Shown here in pieces: positions 39,460 to 54,056 of a DNA stretch of 64,000 nt (the stretch's first letter is position 1; every line of letters starts with the position of its first letter). The stretch is from the NCBI GenBank assembly GCA_963693365.1, contig CAVNZM010000006.1, forward strand, positions 10,543,355 through 10,607,354, in the 5' to 3' direction. Position numbers and translations under genes: made by a program. This DNA comes from Amoebidium appalachense. Lineage: Eukaryota; Protista; Ichthyosporea. The notes beneath the pieces are model-generated. The model was given only the letters and a program-made list of their open reading frames with translations, did not search any database and was not told the origin of the DNA.

Positions 39460-40179
39460 ACACACACACACCTTCACCCCCACCACCAAGTCATTCTACT
39501 CCAGAGCTTTTTTTTCTTTGGTCTTCTGTGCTATCCATGTTCCCCTTCTTCCCATGCGTTAAGAAAAAGAACTCTTTATTTCCCCCCCCCCCCCCCCCTT
39601 CCCTCCCCTCCATGCGGTCCCCATTCCTTTGCACGCTCCGACACTGCAATTCATCACAGCCCCCCCCCGGGCCCTTCCCTTTCAATCACACGCCGGCCTC
39701 TCCTGTTGAATCAACCTCCCCCATCCCCCCCCCCCCCCCACACACACACCATCACCACCACTCCACCACCTTATTTGTAACTTGCAAACACCCCTCCCCC
39801 CCCTCTTCCCCCCAACACAAACACACACACCGGTGGGGCAGACATGGAATTTTTCTCGCGGTTTGAAAGCGGTGAAATTCTACAATGCACGCAGGCACTA
39901 CAACAAGCACGTGTACACACACAGGCACACACACAATAAGGGCATTGGGAGTGGACAACCGTCACAATGTGCACGTTTCTTTATTTCATTTTGCATTCCA
40001 CAGGCTTCCGCTCCGCCTCTACTGAATTCCACCATCTCAAAAAAATCCTGCGGATAAACCATACCATAAGAGAACAACAATCCTAATACACCTTCCCTAA
40101 CAGTTTTCTTCCCCATAAATATCCTCCATACCCGTGTCAATCCATTTCTTTTGTCACCATACATGTTATCCCCATTTCT

Positions 40180-40829
40180 TCAAGCCACCTCTCCAGCAGG
40201 GTTCTGGCGCACAGACTCGTATCCGGTGGGGGGGACTGCGCGACGGCTGCCGGTCATTGGGTTGTCCCACGACAGCAGGTGGCCCTCCTCGACACTTGCA
40301 TCGAGCTCCACATCCCCAGAGGCAAACATGCGCGCAGGCAGGAAGTGAGCCATGGCACCAATGGGCCCACCAAGCATCGGCCCCACCCAGAACACCTGCG
40401 ATGTGAGCGATGGATTAGTGGCTTTCTTTCTCCTTTTTTTTTTAAAGTTGTTGGTGCCCTTTCCCTTCTGAAACATTCTTTGCTGTGTGTTTTGGTGCGT
40501 CTGTCTGTGTGTGTGTGTGTTGATATGTCTGAAGAGGAATCGTGTTGCCTAACCCCAGGCTGGGAAAGGAAGTTTTCGAGTACATTCCAAGGGACGAAGG
40601 AAAGAGAGACAAGACAAGACAAGACAAGAGAGATAAGACTAAGATTGCTGAAGGCTTCTCGTGCATATGGTTTGTGTACATGTAAACCGGTAATTTTTTA
40701 TTTTCTTTTCATATTGTTTTTTCCCCCCCTCTCATATTGTTTTTTTCCCCCCCTCTCTCTCTTAGTTTTTTTTCTTCTTCTTTTTTTTTTTTTTTGTGGG
40801 GTGGGGGTGGGAATGGTGATTATTTTTTT

Positions 40830-40863
<34 letters not shown>

Positions 40864-40916
40864 TTCTTTCTTTTTTTCTTTCTTTCTTTCTTGTTCTTTC
40901 TCTCTTTTCTTTTTTT

Positions 40917-40974
<58 letters not shown>

Positions 40975-41223
40975 CGTTTACAATAAGTATGGTGTATGTA
41001 GTGATGTCGAGGGGTGGGTGACAATTATAGAAGGCAGCTTCCAGAACCCTGGGCAAGGAGAGGGGAGAGAGGACCAGGGGGGGAGGGGGGGGGGGGGGGG
41101 GTCCGGAATCCTTGTTTCTTTTCCATTTCTCTGGAATCTGTTCTCCTGTTACGTATGGGCCGCTTCTTCTGTAGGATATTGGAGTAGATGGGGGGGTTGA
41201 CAGTGGATAGAGAGGGGGAGGCT

Positions 41224-41254
<31 letters not shown>

Positions 41255-41328
41255 AGCTGATGAGTATCTGTCAGAACGCAGATGTTTCTAATATAAGAGG
41301 TGGATGGGGAAGTGGCGGGGGGAGCGCG

Positions 41329-41360
<32 letters not shown>

Positions 41361-41776
41361 GGTTACCCAGTGATTCTCCCAGTTTCCACCGATGACGGCA
41401 GGAGCAAAGGAGCGGATGGGGTTGATGCCGCAGGAGGTGAAGGGGATGAGGAAGATGTTTGCAATGAAAACCGTCAGGCCCACGGCCAGAGGCGCAATGA
41501 CTGGGGCCCTGCCTGCCGGGTTGTTTCCTCTCTTGTCCACTGCCACGGCACACACCACGTAGGTGAGAAGGGCCGTGCCCAGGGCCTCAAGAATGAAGGC
41601 CGCACCCGGGCTGATGTGGGGGGAGAGGATGTTGGCTGCAAGGTGGCCGTGGGCGCTGGACGGTATGAGGGCACGGAGGAGTGCAACACCAAGGAGACCC
41701 CCGAGAATCTGTGTGTGGTGGGTAGTGGTGTGTGTGTGGGGGGGGGGGAGGAGGGTAAGGTGGTGGGGAGGGGAGG

Positions 41777-41807
<31 letters not shown>

Positions 41808-42021
41808 CTGCTCTGAATGTGGTGCTGGGACCAGGGGTAGAGTGTGGGTTAAATACTGCACAGTTAGAGAAACTAAACGGGATGGAGAAGCGGTCTGTAC
41901 TTAAAAAAAAAAAAAAAAAAAGGGAAGGGCATCAAACAAGAGCCTGGTGCAAGGGTTAGCCAGATGATGAATTTTGGTTCAAGATACGGGGATGTTTTGT
42001 GTCATTGGAAGGAGGGGGAGG

Positions 42022-42060
<39 letters not shown>

Positions 42061-42250
42061 AGCCGAGAGGAGAGGGAGGGGAAGGGGTGAGCATACATGG
42101 GAAACATACTAGTTATGAAAAAGGCTGTACCCGTTTTTTTTTTTTTTTTTTTTTTTTTTGTTGCATACTTGTTGAATGCAATAAACTGTTAGTCCTGAGT
42201 GCAATAAACTGTTATTCCTCAAGGTTTTCCATGACTCGGACTCTGCTCTT

Positions 42251-42285
<35 letters not shown>

Positions 42286-42473
42286 AGGTTTTCCATGGCT
42301 CGGACTCGGCTTTTTGCCCCCCCCCCAAACACACACACAAAAAAAAAAAAAAGAAAGAAAGAAAGAAAGAGAGACTCTGAAAGAGAGAAAGAAAGAAAAG
42401 CGAAAAGAAGAAAATAGAGGAAATGAAAGGAATCGAGTTGAAGGAAAATGAAGGGAGGAGAGCCTTCGCCCGG

Positions 42474-42510
<37 letters not shown>

Positions 42511-42651
42511 TTAGAGAGAAATGAGAGAGGGATGATGCATAAGTCCTCACGAATTAGAGAGTTTTTTAACCAGAAAGAGCAATTTATATTTCATTTTCAT
42601 TGCTTTACACTACACTCCTTTTACTTTCTTTCTTTCTTTCGGTTTTCTATT

Positions 42652-42691
<40 letters not shown>

Positions 42692-42710
42692 TTCTTTTTT
42701 TTTTTTTTTT

Positions 42711-42769
<59 letters not shown>

Positions 42770-43111
42770 CTGTGAGATGATCAGCAGCAGGCCACGCAAG
42801 AAGTCTGTGCGGCCCACCACCATCAGGCTGAATGTGATGGCCGGGTTCATCTGCCCGCCACTGATGGGCCACACGGCCCACATCAGCGCCGCAATGGTCA
42901 CCCCAAACGTCAGCGAGATGGCCAGCAGCTGGCCTGCATCGTACACCCCCCATACGGGCTGTGTCTTCTGCTGCGTGTAAACCCACCCAGTGGCACTGCC
43001 CATCACCGTGCCCAGGGCCACCAGCAGGAAGAGCATCGTGCCAGTGAACTCGGCAAAACACTCCCATATGGTGCGCCGTGTGATGGCCGCCATGCCTGAT
43101 AGTCCACCCAT
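40180..43111 (-). CDS. Aquaporin / MIP channel, 3 exons
   Basis: Exons 43111-42770 (AEFTGT, SGGQMNPAIT), 41708-41367 (LEALGT, SCGINPIRSFAPA) and 40395-40180 (VFWVGPMLGG); GT-AG introns, phase 0. Confidence 0.95.
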
Positions 43112-44330
43112 CTTCAAACCAACTGTGTTTCTTGAAGGGTTTTGGAAGATGCTGGCAGTGTTTTCTCGTGAGCACACTGTTGCACAGTGTATGTGGAGTG
43201 ATTATAGAGCCTGCAATTAACACAATGACGAAAAAAAGAGGTATAAGTTTGCCTGTTTTACCAAAGCTCCGTGTGAAAAATCATGTTTGTTTTTGAGTTC
43301 TGTTTAAAATTCACGAGCACACTCGTGTTTTATGTATGATGGGTTAACTGGTAAGTAGGTTGCCACTACTTCAGTCACCGGCAGACGACTGAAAAAATGC
43401 CATCAGTTTCTGGGTTTTGTCAGTCTGCCGCTGATGAGTGTGAGAGCCCGGTCTGGCCACGAAACTTTCACACAATAGTGTGAAGGGCAGTCACCAGCCC
43501 ACTAGGTGAGCACAATTGTTGTTGTCTCACTAACACGATCCATGGCCCGGGGGTGAGCGTGACACCGTCTGTGCCAGTGTGTCACGTGTGACTCGGACAG
43601 CCCGTGAAGTAGGCCCCGCAATCGCTGGGGCCTCACGCGTACGTTGCCAGAGACACACCATGATCACGTGACTTGTGCATCATGACAGGTGTGTGTGGTG
43701 ACGCGCACCTGTCACCGAGGCCAGACTGCGCACTGGCTGGCTGTGCCGTTACTGATGCATAACACGTGTGTCCGGTACATGGTGTATACATCAACAAGGC
43801 ATGGCCAAGCATGCGATATGATCAGACGATCAGGCACCCCCACCAGCACACTGTACACTGACAGACACCAGCTGCAAATGGGCACCGGAACCGTCTATAC
43901 ATTGGACACGTCTGCGCAAATATACATATTTGCTTTAGCAGCGCTGGAGGAAACCCCTGAGCATGGACTTGGAGTTACTCATCCGAGTTGCTGCTCCTGG
44001 GTATCACTCCCCTAGAAGGTTATAAAGTGTGTGGGTGGACCCCCCCCCCCCCCCCCCCTCCCCCCCCCTCCCCCTCCCCCCCCCCCCCCCCCCCCTTCAG
44101 TCTTTCCCGGGTCTCCCCTCCCAATACTATGTTCTCTCCCTATACACCTCCCCCCCCCCCCCCCCCCCCCCCCTCCTTTTGTTGCCTTGTCTGACTGACT
44201 CCAAGTCTCTCCCTCCCTCCCGGCAATCCCTCCCTCCCTCATCTCTTCTCTCTCTAGCCGCTCTCTCTTCAGTCCCCCCTTCCCCCCCCCCCCCCCCCCC
44301 CCCCCCCTTCCCCTCCCGCCTCTCTCTCTC

Positions 44331-44381
<51 letters not shown>

Positions 44382-45037
44382 CCTTTCCCTTTCTCGCTTG
44401 CTCTCTTTCCCTCTCTCTCTCCCCTTCCCTAGGGGGCTCCCTTCTCTCCCTCTCTCAGATTCTCTCTCTCGTTTTATGTCTCTCTCTTTCTCCCCTCCCT
44501 CCCTCTCTCCCTCTCCCTTTCCCTTTAAGTTAGTTCAGATGCAGATTTCTCTTTCGTTTGAGCTCACTACATATTTCAGCTGTCTCTTCAGTATGTTGCC
44601 TGTCGCTGTCTCCTCCCCCCGCCTTATCCCCCCCCCCTTTTCTCTTTCTTTTTCTACCCCCCCCCCCCCTCCCCAAATCCCCTCCTTTAAAGTTTACCCC
44701 CCCCCCCCCCCCGCGGGGGGGACCATTGAGTCGACGCCGAACTAATTATCCAATCGACCATCTCCAAAGGTAACCTGAAAATCCTCAGCAAACGAGGCTC
44801 GCCATAATTTAATGTGCAGGGATGTTTTGATAAAGCACTTGTCAGGCTGCAGCTTCAAGCTACAGAGTGGGAGTGAAGTGCATATGCATGTGTACGTCAC
44901 TACACGAAGAAACCCTGTACGGACCAACACTCAAACATGATGCAAAAGATGATATTAGGCCAGTCTGAGAACAAAACAAAAACTTTTCCATCAATCGTGT
45001 TTACCCCTCCCCCCCTCCCCCCCCCCCCCCCCCCAAC

Positions 45038-45111
<74 letters not shown>

Positions 45112-45408
45112 GTGACACACACCAGACGGCGTGGCACAGACTTGCATTACTTATTTTCCCCCCCCCGGCCCCCCCTCCCCCCCCCTATACCCTCTCGAGC
45201 TCCCCCGGTCCTCTCCCCCTCCCCTCATTCCACCCGACCCTCACCTACACACAGTGATGCAGGCGCGGGTACATACACTGTGACACATGGCTGATGGCAT
45301 CTTAAGCTTTTGCACCTTAACGGCACAGTCGGTGCTGTGTGGAAGACGGTAGCTCCTATGAGAGCCCCCTGGGGGGGTCCGGACACGGGAACAAACGGGA
45401 TAAAGAAA

Positions 45409-45573
<165 letters not shown>

Positions 45574-45845
45574 CACACACACACCACCACGCCGGTGACC
45601 TACCACCAAGCTCGATTCGCTCAATAGCAAATTTATTCTGTACAGCATGTCGTGCACACAGACACACACACACAAACACACACACACACACACCACCACC
45701 ACCACCACGTCGGTAACCCACCACCAAGTTTAAAGTTCCCTCCATAGCTAGCCAATTTATTCTGTCGATTCAAGCCAAAGTTCAGAGTAAATGCCAATAA
45801 GAAAAGCTATGTCAACTCCCCCTCCCCACGAAACACATACACATG

Positions 45846-45884
<39 letters not shown>

Positions 45885-47007
45885 CCCATCCACACACATG
45901 TACATGCTACTACTTAGTCCCCAGAACGTTAGTCAGGCAGGCCAGAGCAGCTAACAGCATGCTACGCTCACCCTGGTTCATTAGAGCCTTGACCCCCCCC
46001 CCCCCCGGGGTTTTGTCCCCCCCCCCCCCTCCCCCCTCCCCCCCTCCCCCCTTTCCCCGTTAGCTTCCCCCACGCGCACTGTTCCCTGAAACTCGCTGTA
46101 TATCTTCTGAATACTCCACGTGTGACCAAGGCTTTTGGAGGGGACGAGAAGCCTTATGAGATCCTACGCCACGGTATCCCATCTCAGGGCCCCCTCCACT
46201 ACCCACACATCTCCCCAGCACACTTATAGAGTGTCCGTCAAGCACACGTGGGACAGTCTTCTACAGAACATGCACACAGAGAAACCAAGTTAATCACGGA
46301 TGAAACCTCAGATTTCCTTGGGGGTGGTACAACACCACTCTATCAGGATGCAGCAAAAGAAGGGCTTAAGCACAGACCTAACTGAAGTCAATATGGTGCC
46401 GACCAATAGGAAAAAAAGTGAAATGCAGCCAGCACCAAACTATTGTGCAGACTTAGAAAACCCTTGGAGGTATTTTATATGTGGATCCCATTCAGGGCGG
46501 CTGCCACAGGCTGCGTGGACTGACCTTCAGATGCGCACTTCTTTTTTTGTTGTGATCAATGCTATATTAACTTCCGGGATAAATATAAAGACTTATTTTA
46601 TTTTGAGTTTTTTTTCTTTCTTTATAATTTGGAGATAAAGAGCTACAAATTACGAACACGGTTACGTGCGATGTGTTGTGCGTAAACCATGATATAGGGG
46701 GCATGTCTGGTTGTTTTCGAACACAGGCAGGTCCAGAACAGTGGACATCGCTGTTATAGCTTATAGGTGGTGTTGGTGGTCAACAGTGAAGGGAGCGCTA
46801 GACAAACATCGTACCATGTTTATCTCGAAGTGAGCACGCTGTCTATTTTGAAGCATGTTCCCCTAGTGCTTTTCGCAGCAAAGATCGAGTCAACATAACA
46901 ATAACGTCTACGTTCCCACACTTTAAGAGAGTCCCTAGGCCTATTATTCCGGCCATTGAGCGTTGAATACCGCCACCTAACTTAGTCTGCAGTTTTCTTA
47001 GAGGTCT

Positions 47008-47644
47008 CTAATTAAGGCGCTTTGGCTGGGCCTTCTTTGTGGGGCACTGCTGGCCCAGGGCCATGAAGTTCACGGTGCAGACGTTTGTGGTTGCGCCCAT
47101 CTCGTTGCAGTACCACTTGCCGTTGCTGCAGCACTGCGCAAACTCGTTGTCCTTGCAGTCCACAGACTCCCCGGCCGAGCAGCACTTGGGCTCTCTGGGC
47201 GCGCATATTTGGCTCCTGCCCCCCTTGCCCTGCCGCTGGCACCAGTCCCCGCCGTTATAGGCTAGCGGCCGGCACTCCCACGTACCGTCGCCGCAGCAGA
47301 CCGGTTTGGCCACAGACGGGTCGCAGGGGTTCTGGTGGTCTGCGGGGGGGCTTGCAGCACAGACCCTTGCTCTTGGGGCAGGGAGTGCCCTGGCGCAGGG
47401 CCATGGAGTAGCAGATCTCCATCTCGCTCTTGTCATCCTGGCAGTACCAGAACCCATCGTCGCAGCACACGGCCTCCTGCGTGCGCACGTTGCAGGGGTT
47501 CTTTGGGAACTTCATGCAGCACTCGGCCCGCTGCGGTATGGACGGCAGGGCCTCGTCCAGAGAGGGCGCGGGGGTGGTGGCAGCACTGAGCGCGGTGGCT
47601 GCGCAGGCCGCAACACAGGCCGCAGACAGGAGGGTGGGCAGCAT
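47008..47644 (-). CDS. Secreted Cys-rich protein with three 8-Cys repeats; 1-nt frameshift in a C7 run
   Basis: Signal-peptide-like MLPTLLSAACVAACAATALS. Repeats contain CCDDGFWYC, CCGDGTWEC and CCSNGKWYC. ORFs 47255-47728 and 47008-47457 join if G7 at 47344-47350 were G6. Confidence 0.75.
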
Positions 47645-49819
47645 GGTGCGTGGGCAGGGAGTGAAAGCGCAGGCACTAAGGGTGGTGTAAGCTCTAAGTG
47701 TTTTCCGAGAAACCAAGACTATCGTCACGGTGAATAGTGACTTTGTGAGTGACGACCTTGCTGTGACTGTCGTGGAACGGGGGGGGCCCTTCTCGTCTTG
47801 GCAGCAGATTATTTATCTCCTGGAATGTTTGGAATGCCCAGTACATTCCAACGCAAGCGTAAACCCCCGCTGTTGCATACACACTGCCACATGGTGGCAC
47901 CGTGGTGTAATAGACACTTCTGTAGGCCGGCACGTTTATGTGTTGCATTGTATTACTAATGTTCAAGAAGCTGTTTCCCCCGTCCTTCTTTCCCCGAGGC
48001 GAGAGCGCATCACAGTATCCTTTCCCTGTCAAATGACTTCGTGCTTTCTGAGCGACACTAGGCTACATAAGCTACTAGTGAGAAAGGAGCAACGAGGCCG
48101 TGACACGTGCAGATTATTTCTTGTAGTTTTTCCCCATCGTCCTTCTTATTGGTTAACACAGTTCTTCGTTCTAAATCCCTTTCTTTTTGTGCTCTGAATT
48201 GCTCTGCTTTTACATGTGCCAACAGGAGATTCCTCTGTGCTTCAACAACTACAGTAGTAGGTAAATGGTCCCCAGGCCAATGGTCATTCTCACTAAAATT
48301 AACTAAAGCTCATTTGAATGACTTACTTTGACTCGAAGCCAAGGGCTGGCTCAATAAAAACACCTCAGTACGAATTAAACCTGGATCTAACGCCTGCGTC
48401 GTTTCCCTTTTGCTTTACATCCAGTCGCTCGCAACTAGTTTTCGCTAGCAGACTAATGACTTATAGCTAGGTCTCAGCTAGTTCCGGATATCGATGGTTC
48501 ACAATGCTGATCGGAAGGTGAGAGGCAAAGAAATTACATAAGAGTAGCAGGAGGTGTACGTGAGAATTGGCCGTATCCTGGTGAGGCGGTTGCGTGCTGT
48601 CAGAAGAATCGGCTCATACTATGATGGAAAACCTATCGGACATGTATCTGACATCACAAGTTAGTATGCACGAAGGGATCTCCAATAAAGATAGCTATAA
48701 TATCCGTTACAGAGGGTTCAAATCTTGCAGTTTCACGACCTTGTGCAAGTAGCTTCGAATTCCTACTCTACTGATTGAGGTGTGGGAACAGGAGTTAGCG
48801 GAGAGCCACTCATTGTGTACTCTTGATCTTGGCACTGCTGATCACAATGAAGGTATACTCATCCGAGGCACATAATGATTTGGAAGCTAAAACGGCTTAT
48901 TCACGGGTCCAGATGTCCTCCTTTGATATCAAAAGTTGTGGTCGAGTGTACGTGCACTTTTTCCGTACGCAAGGCATGTTAGGGTGGTTACTTCGTGCAT
49001 TATTAGTGCCTATACGAGGTATCAACCACGATTATTTCGGACTGCTTTGTGGTTGTGTTTAATATTTTGCCTGCCGCACAGGATGAGGACGGGTGTCCAT
49101 GACCATCTGTTCTCGAGCTCTTGAATTTTCCCCTTGACTCAATTGCAGGGCAATGATGTTGCAGCTAGAAAGTACACATTCGTGTAAGCACGCACTCTTG
49201 AGAAGGAGCTTCGTTACAAGCTTCCTGGTTATCCGCCGCCGTCATGCACGTCTGCATTGTGCAATTCTTTATTCAATTTTCTTTTTTGGTGTCTTCTTAT
49301 GTATATCCCAGTTCACTGTCGGAACCCTATGCCGCCAGGGCAGTCTGTTATCGTTAGGCTGCATTTACATATCCACGGTATGATCATGCACCAGCACCTG
49401 TTCTTGGTTATCTCAAACTACATGTACACTATACCAACTCACGTTTGGTGACATTGAGTTGACCGTTTCTCCTTCGTACACATAACATCTTACACAGGAT
49501 TCTCCCTGTGGTGCAGAGACACTATCTTCACCGTTACTTTAACTATACTGAACGTTAATTCGCCATTCTCACAACGCAATTCGGTTTTCTACACGCCACT
49601 TTCTTTCGTTCTTTCAACTTGCCGACTATTTCATCTTATCAAGCTACGTTTCGCTTACACGCATATTTACAACTCCACTTCAGGCTGCTCGTGTGGCCAA
49701 CCCAATCCTACATGACCGCTATGTTTCCTCCACAAGCTTAAAATCATTCATAGATTCACTACGCATATACACAACATTCACCCGCTTCCTTTCACCTGCA
49801 CCCCTCCATTCCACACCAG

Positions 49820-49866
<47 letters not shown>

Positions 49867-49894
49867 AAAAAAAAAAAAACCAACACGCACACAC

Positions 49895-50237
49895 CTATGC
49901 ACCTCGGGCGGGCTCCTCCAGGGCCCTGAGGGCATACGGCAGCCAGTGCTCAGTGACGTGCAGGCGCAGGCCAAAGGCATTGGCCATGCCCCGCAGCAGC
50001 ACAGACACCCTGCCGGCCATGATGTAGTCCTCGGGCTGGTTGCGGATGGGGTCCCTGCGCTCCATCTCCTCCATAAATAGCTGCGGGTTGAGCCCCCCCG
50101 TAATTTCAGGGGTGTCGCGGTCGTGGAAGAAGCATGTTAGGCGGTAGATCACATCGGGGTCGCTGTGGTCTGTGCGGAGGCCCATGTCCTCCAGAGTGAT
50201 GCGCACTATTTCGGCACGGTCGTCCTCGTGGATGGCC

Positions 50238-50321
<84 letters not shown>

Positions 50322-50386
50322 GTGGGGGAAGGGGAGGGGGTGGGGTTGGGGGGGGGGGTTGGGGGGGGGGGCTTGTGTGACTGATT

Positions 50387-50418
<32 letters not shown>

Positions 50419-52862
50419 TGTGTTGTGTGTGTACGTACAAGTAGGTCTGAGCGCCCGCTGCGCGGGCGCCAAATGATGCTTCGCTGGAGTCTAAAAGCTT
50501 AGTACTGAACACGAGCTGACGATGAATGACTGAAAAAGTTTCTCATAAGCATAGCTACTGCACTTTTGAAAGTGATATTGTGGCTAGGAATGCAAGGGGC
50601 ATGTCTGATGCAGGAATTGTTTAGTGAATGTCAGAGCACGTTGAAAAGCAAGCTCATGTTTTGTTTTCAAAATGATTTCCGTTTCCTTCCAAGGCCAAGG
50701 CTGCAGTCTCAAGTCTGTGATACATACAGGCGTTCTCTGTGTTTTGATTGGCTCTATATAACGCGACATTAGGGGCACCCGGCGATGTATCCCCCCTGGG
50801 GTTGACAAAAAACCATTGGTGTACTAATCTAATAAAAAACGTCACCTCTAACTGACCACTCATATTCGGAGCCGGGTTTAAAGTTTTTGCCGACTTTTCT
50901 CATTAAAAGTGCGTTCTATTGTTGGTTGCATTCTGTAATGATGGTAGTACCGGAAAAGCGATTGTTCTGCCCATTTTTTTCCTATTTGCCAGTGGCACAC
51001 TCCGATAATTGTATATTCCGTCCATTATTTTAGAGCCCCGACACGTATCCGACACGTACGTGCCTGGCACTTGTGTTTTGGGACAAGGATTTAATCTTTC
51101 TACCTTTTAGACCTCCTTGTTTTTTTATCCATTTCATTTCTTATACATGTACAGAATATACTTCTATTACCTTTGCTATCTTTAGTGTGCATTAACATAG
51201 GCTTTATGAATTTGAATCCGGCCTGGTGCCTTTCCAAATCCCGAAAATTGGCTTAAAGGTCGGAGAGGTCTTTTAAGTTTGGGTAATGTGTGTACACATG
51301 CAAGCAGAGGCAAAGTCAGGAAGCTAATATGCCGCGGCAGATAGTGTGTGTGCAAGGCAAGGGCGTACATTACCTTTTTTATAATAGTAGGAAGGAACGA
51401 AGGGGCAGAGAACGGTGGGAGTAGGAGAGGGGGGGGGGGTTGATAAAATGCAATGTGCATATGTCGGGTTGCCAAATTCATTCTGGTACTGATGCGGGAG
51501 AACGAGTGAGAGAGTGTGTGTCTGTGTATGTATTTCTGTGTGTGCGTGTGTAGTGGTGGTGGGAAAAGGGGAGGGGGGGGGGGGAGGGGGGAGAATGCAA
51601 ACTCTTTCATTTTTTTTAGGTATCACTGCTGCTCCAAGCACACCCTCCCACCTACTTTTTTTTTTGCGTGTGCGTGTGTGTTGGGGGAGGCGGAGGGGGG
51701 GAGAGGGGGGAGAGGGGGGGCTGTACCTAATATGTAGAACCCTAATCCCCCCCCCCCCCCTCCCCCCCCCCCCCCCCCTCTCTAACACAATATTTCACAC
51801 CACCACCACCTATACCAAGCACCTCACGATCACCGACTGCCCTACTGCCTCTCAGCATGTGAGTGGCCATGCCCTCCCTTACCTTGATCAGGCGGGCATA
51901 TGTCCTGCGTGTGTCGGGGCCTATGTTCTTGACCTGGCCGTAGTCCAGCAGGCCCAGGCGGCCGTCGGGCATCAGCAGGATGTTGCCGGGGTGCGGGTCC
52001 CCGTTGAAGCTGCCGTCTATCAGAATCTGGTGCCCATGCACCTGCACATGTACACGTCACGTGACTGGGTCAGTAAAGGGTCGGCGTACACCTAGTCTGT
52101 GCTCCGACAGAAGGGGGGAACTTAGCGGATGTGCCAATGCGTACGTGTTTTAGATACATTGAATTGACGATTCCCTCAGTGCCTGGGGAAAAGAGGAGGG
52201 AAGGGGAGAAGGGGTGGTTGGGTGGGTGGGGGACGGGGGGAGAAGGGGGGGGAGGGGGGGGGAGGATGTAAAGAAAACGAAGAGGATGGCTCGAAAAGAA
52301 GGAGGCGAAGGGGACTGACATTGTGCACACGTGAATGCAAAGGGTATGTGGTGGGATGGGTTGGTGGGTCGGCCGGAGGGAAGGAAGAGTGCACGGAGAA
52401 GTAAAACGAGGCACCACTCGATCCCAGTGCTATCGAAAATATGAGCTGAATATGAACCAATTGGATGTATGTACGGCATACTAGGGGTGGGGTGGGGTGG
52501 GGGGAGGGGAGGGGGAGGGGAGAGGGGGAGGGGGGGGGGGGGGGGGGCAAGGGGGAGAAGGGGTGGTGGCAGTTGGAGGGGAAGGGGACGCGGGGAGGAG
52601 GGAGAGGGGTTTGGAGGTTGGAGGGGGAGGGGGCAGTTGAAAGGGTAATTACAGAACCACCTCATCCCCCCCCCCCCCCCCCCCCCCCCCAACCACCACC
52701 ACCACCACACACACATCCAAAAGTACCACAACCACGAGACTTCTTGATCTTTCTTTCCTTCACCTGTCGCTCGTGCCCTTCCTCCCACGACCACCCGCCA
52801 ACTCCCACCCTTCCGTCCTACAGTCCTCCATCCCCAGCTGTCCCAGGCCTGCAACAACATAA

Positions 52863-52900
<38 letters not shown>

Positions 52901-53408
52901 CCCTCCCCCCCCAAAGAAAAAAAAAACAAAAAACAAAAAAAACAAAAAAAACACACACACACACAAGCGCACACACCTGCAGTAGCAGCTGCAGTGTCTC
53001 AGCCAGGTCTATTGGCTGCACATATGTCCTGTAGGGCTTGGGCTGGGCCCAGCCCAGGGTCCAATTGTAGAGGGCCAGCATTGTGTTTGCACACAGTACC
53101 TGCACCCACAGGTACAAGCTGAGCGCCCGCATGCGCAGGTGCGCACTGCGCAGGGACTGGCTGCTGCCTGCCCCAGCCTCCATCTTGGCCCTCTGCTCGG
53201 CTTCCAGTTGCTCAAGTGTCTTGCCCTGATAGGGAGGTAAAGAAAAAGACATGCATGCTGTGTGAGTCTCCGTACATTGCGATGTAGTCTTCGGGAACTA
53301 TATATGTGCACACAACATATTACGTCGGGTGCTTGGCCAGCCACAGGCATTGCCGTGTGCCTGTGCGTGCGCGCGCTCGCGCCCGCGGGCGCCGTGTGCC
53401 TGTGTGTT

Positions 53409-53474
<66 letters not shown>

Positions 53475-53728
53475 GGGTAGGGCGGACGGAGGTGAGGGGT
53501 GGGAGTTACGTAGTGCATATGAATGTGCTTAGCCGTCCCGTGGAAAAGAGTGATTCATCGAAACAGTGGGCAGGGGACTGGCATGTACGTGCAAGCGGTT
53601 ATGTGTGTGTGTGCCTGCAAGGGTGTGCAAGGATATTCATCACACATGTATCTGTGTGTGCATGCGCATGGAACACAAATGTTGTGTGGCTCAGTGCCTA
53701 ACAATGTAGACACACTGTGTGTAAGTGT

Positions 53729-53778
<50 letters not shown>

Positions 53779-54017
53779 CAAACCGTGAGAATGTGTAGGG
53801 TGGTGGTGGTGGTGGTGTGTTGAGAGAAAGAGAGAGAGAGAGTGTGTGTGTGTGCATGTTCGGGTGTGTGTATGTGTGTCTGTGTGTATATGTGTGTGGG
53901 AAACTGTGAAAATGTCAAAGATGGTGGTGGTGGTGGTGTGTGTGTGTGTGTGTGTGTGTGGAATGATTTGGAGGGGTGGGGACGAGTTGGAAAAATAAAA
54001 GGAGGTTTAGATGCACC

Positions 54018-54056
<39 letters not shown>

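Noticed and set aside
48200-49700. Decayed gene or transposase in microsatellite-free intergenic DNA
   Set aside because: Frequent stops, and no motif or terminal repeat I could support.
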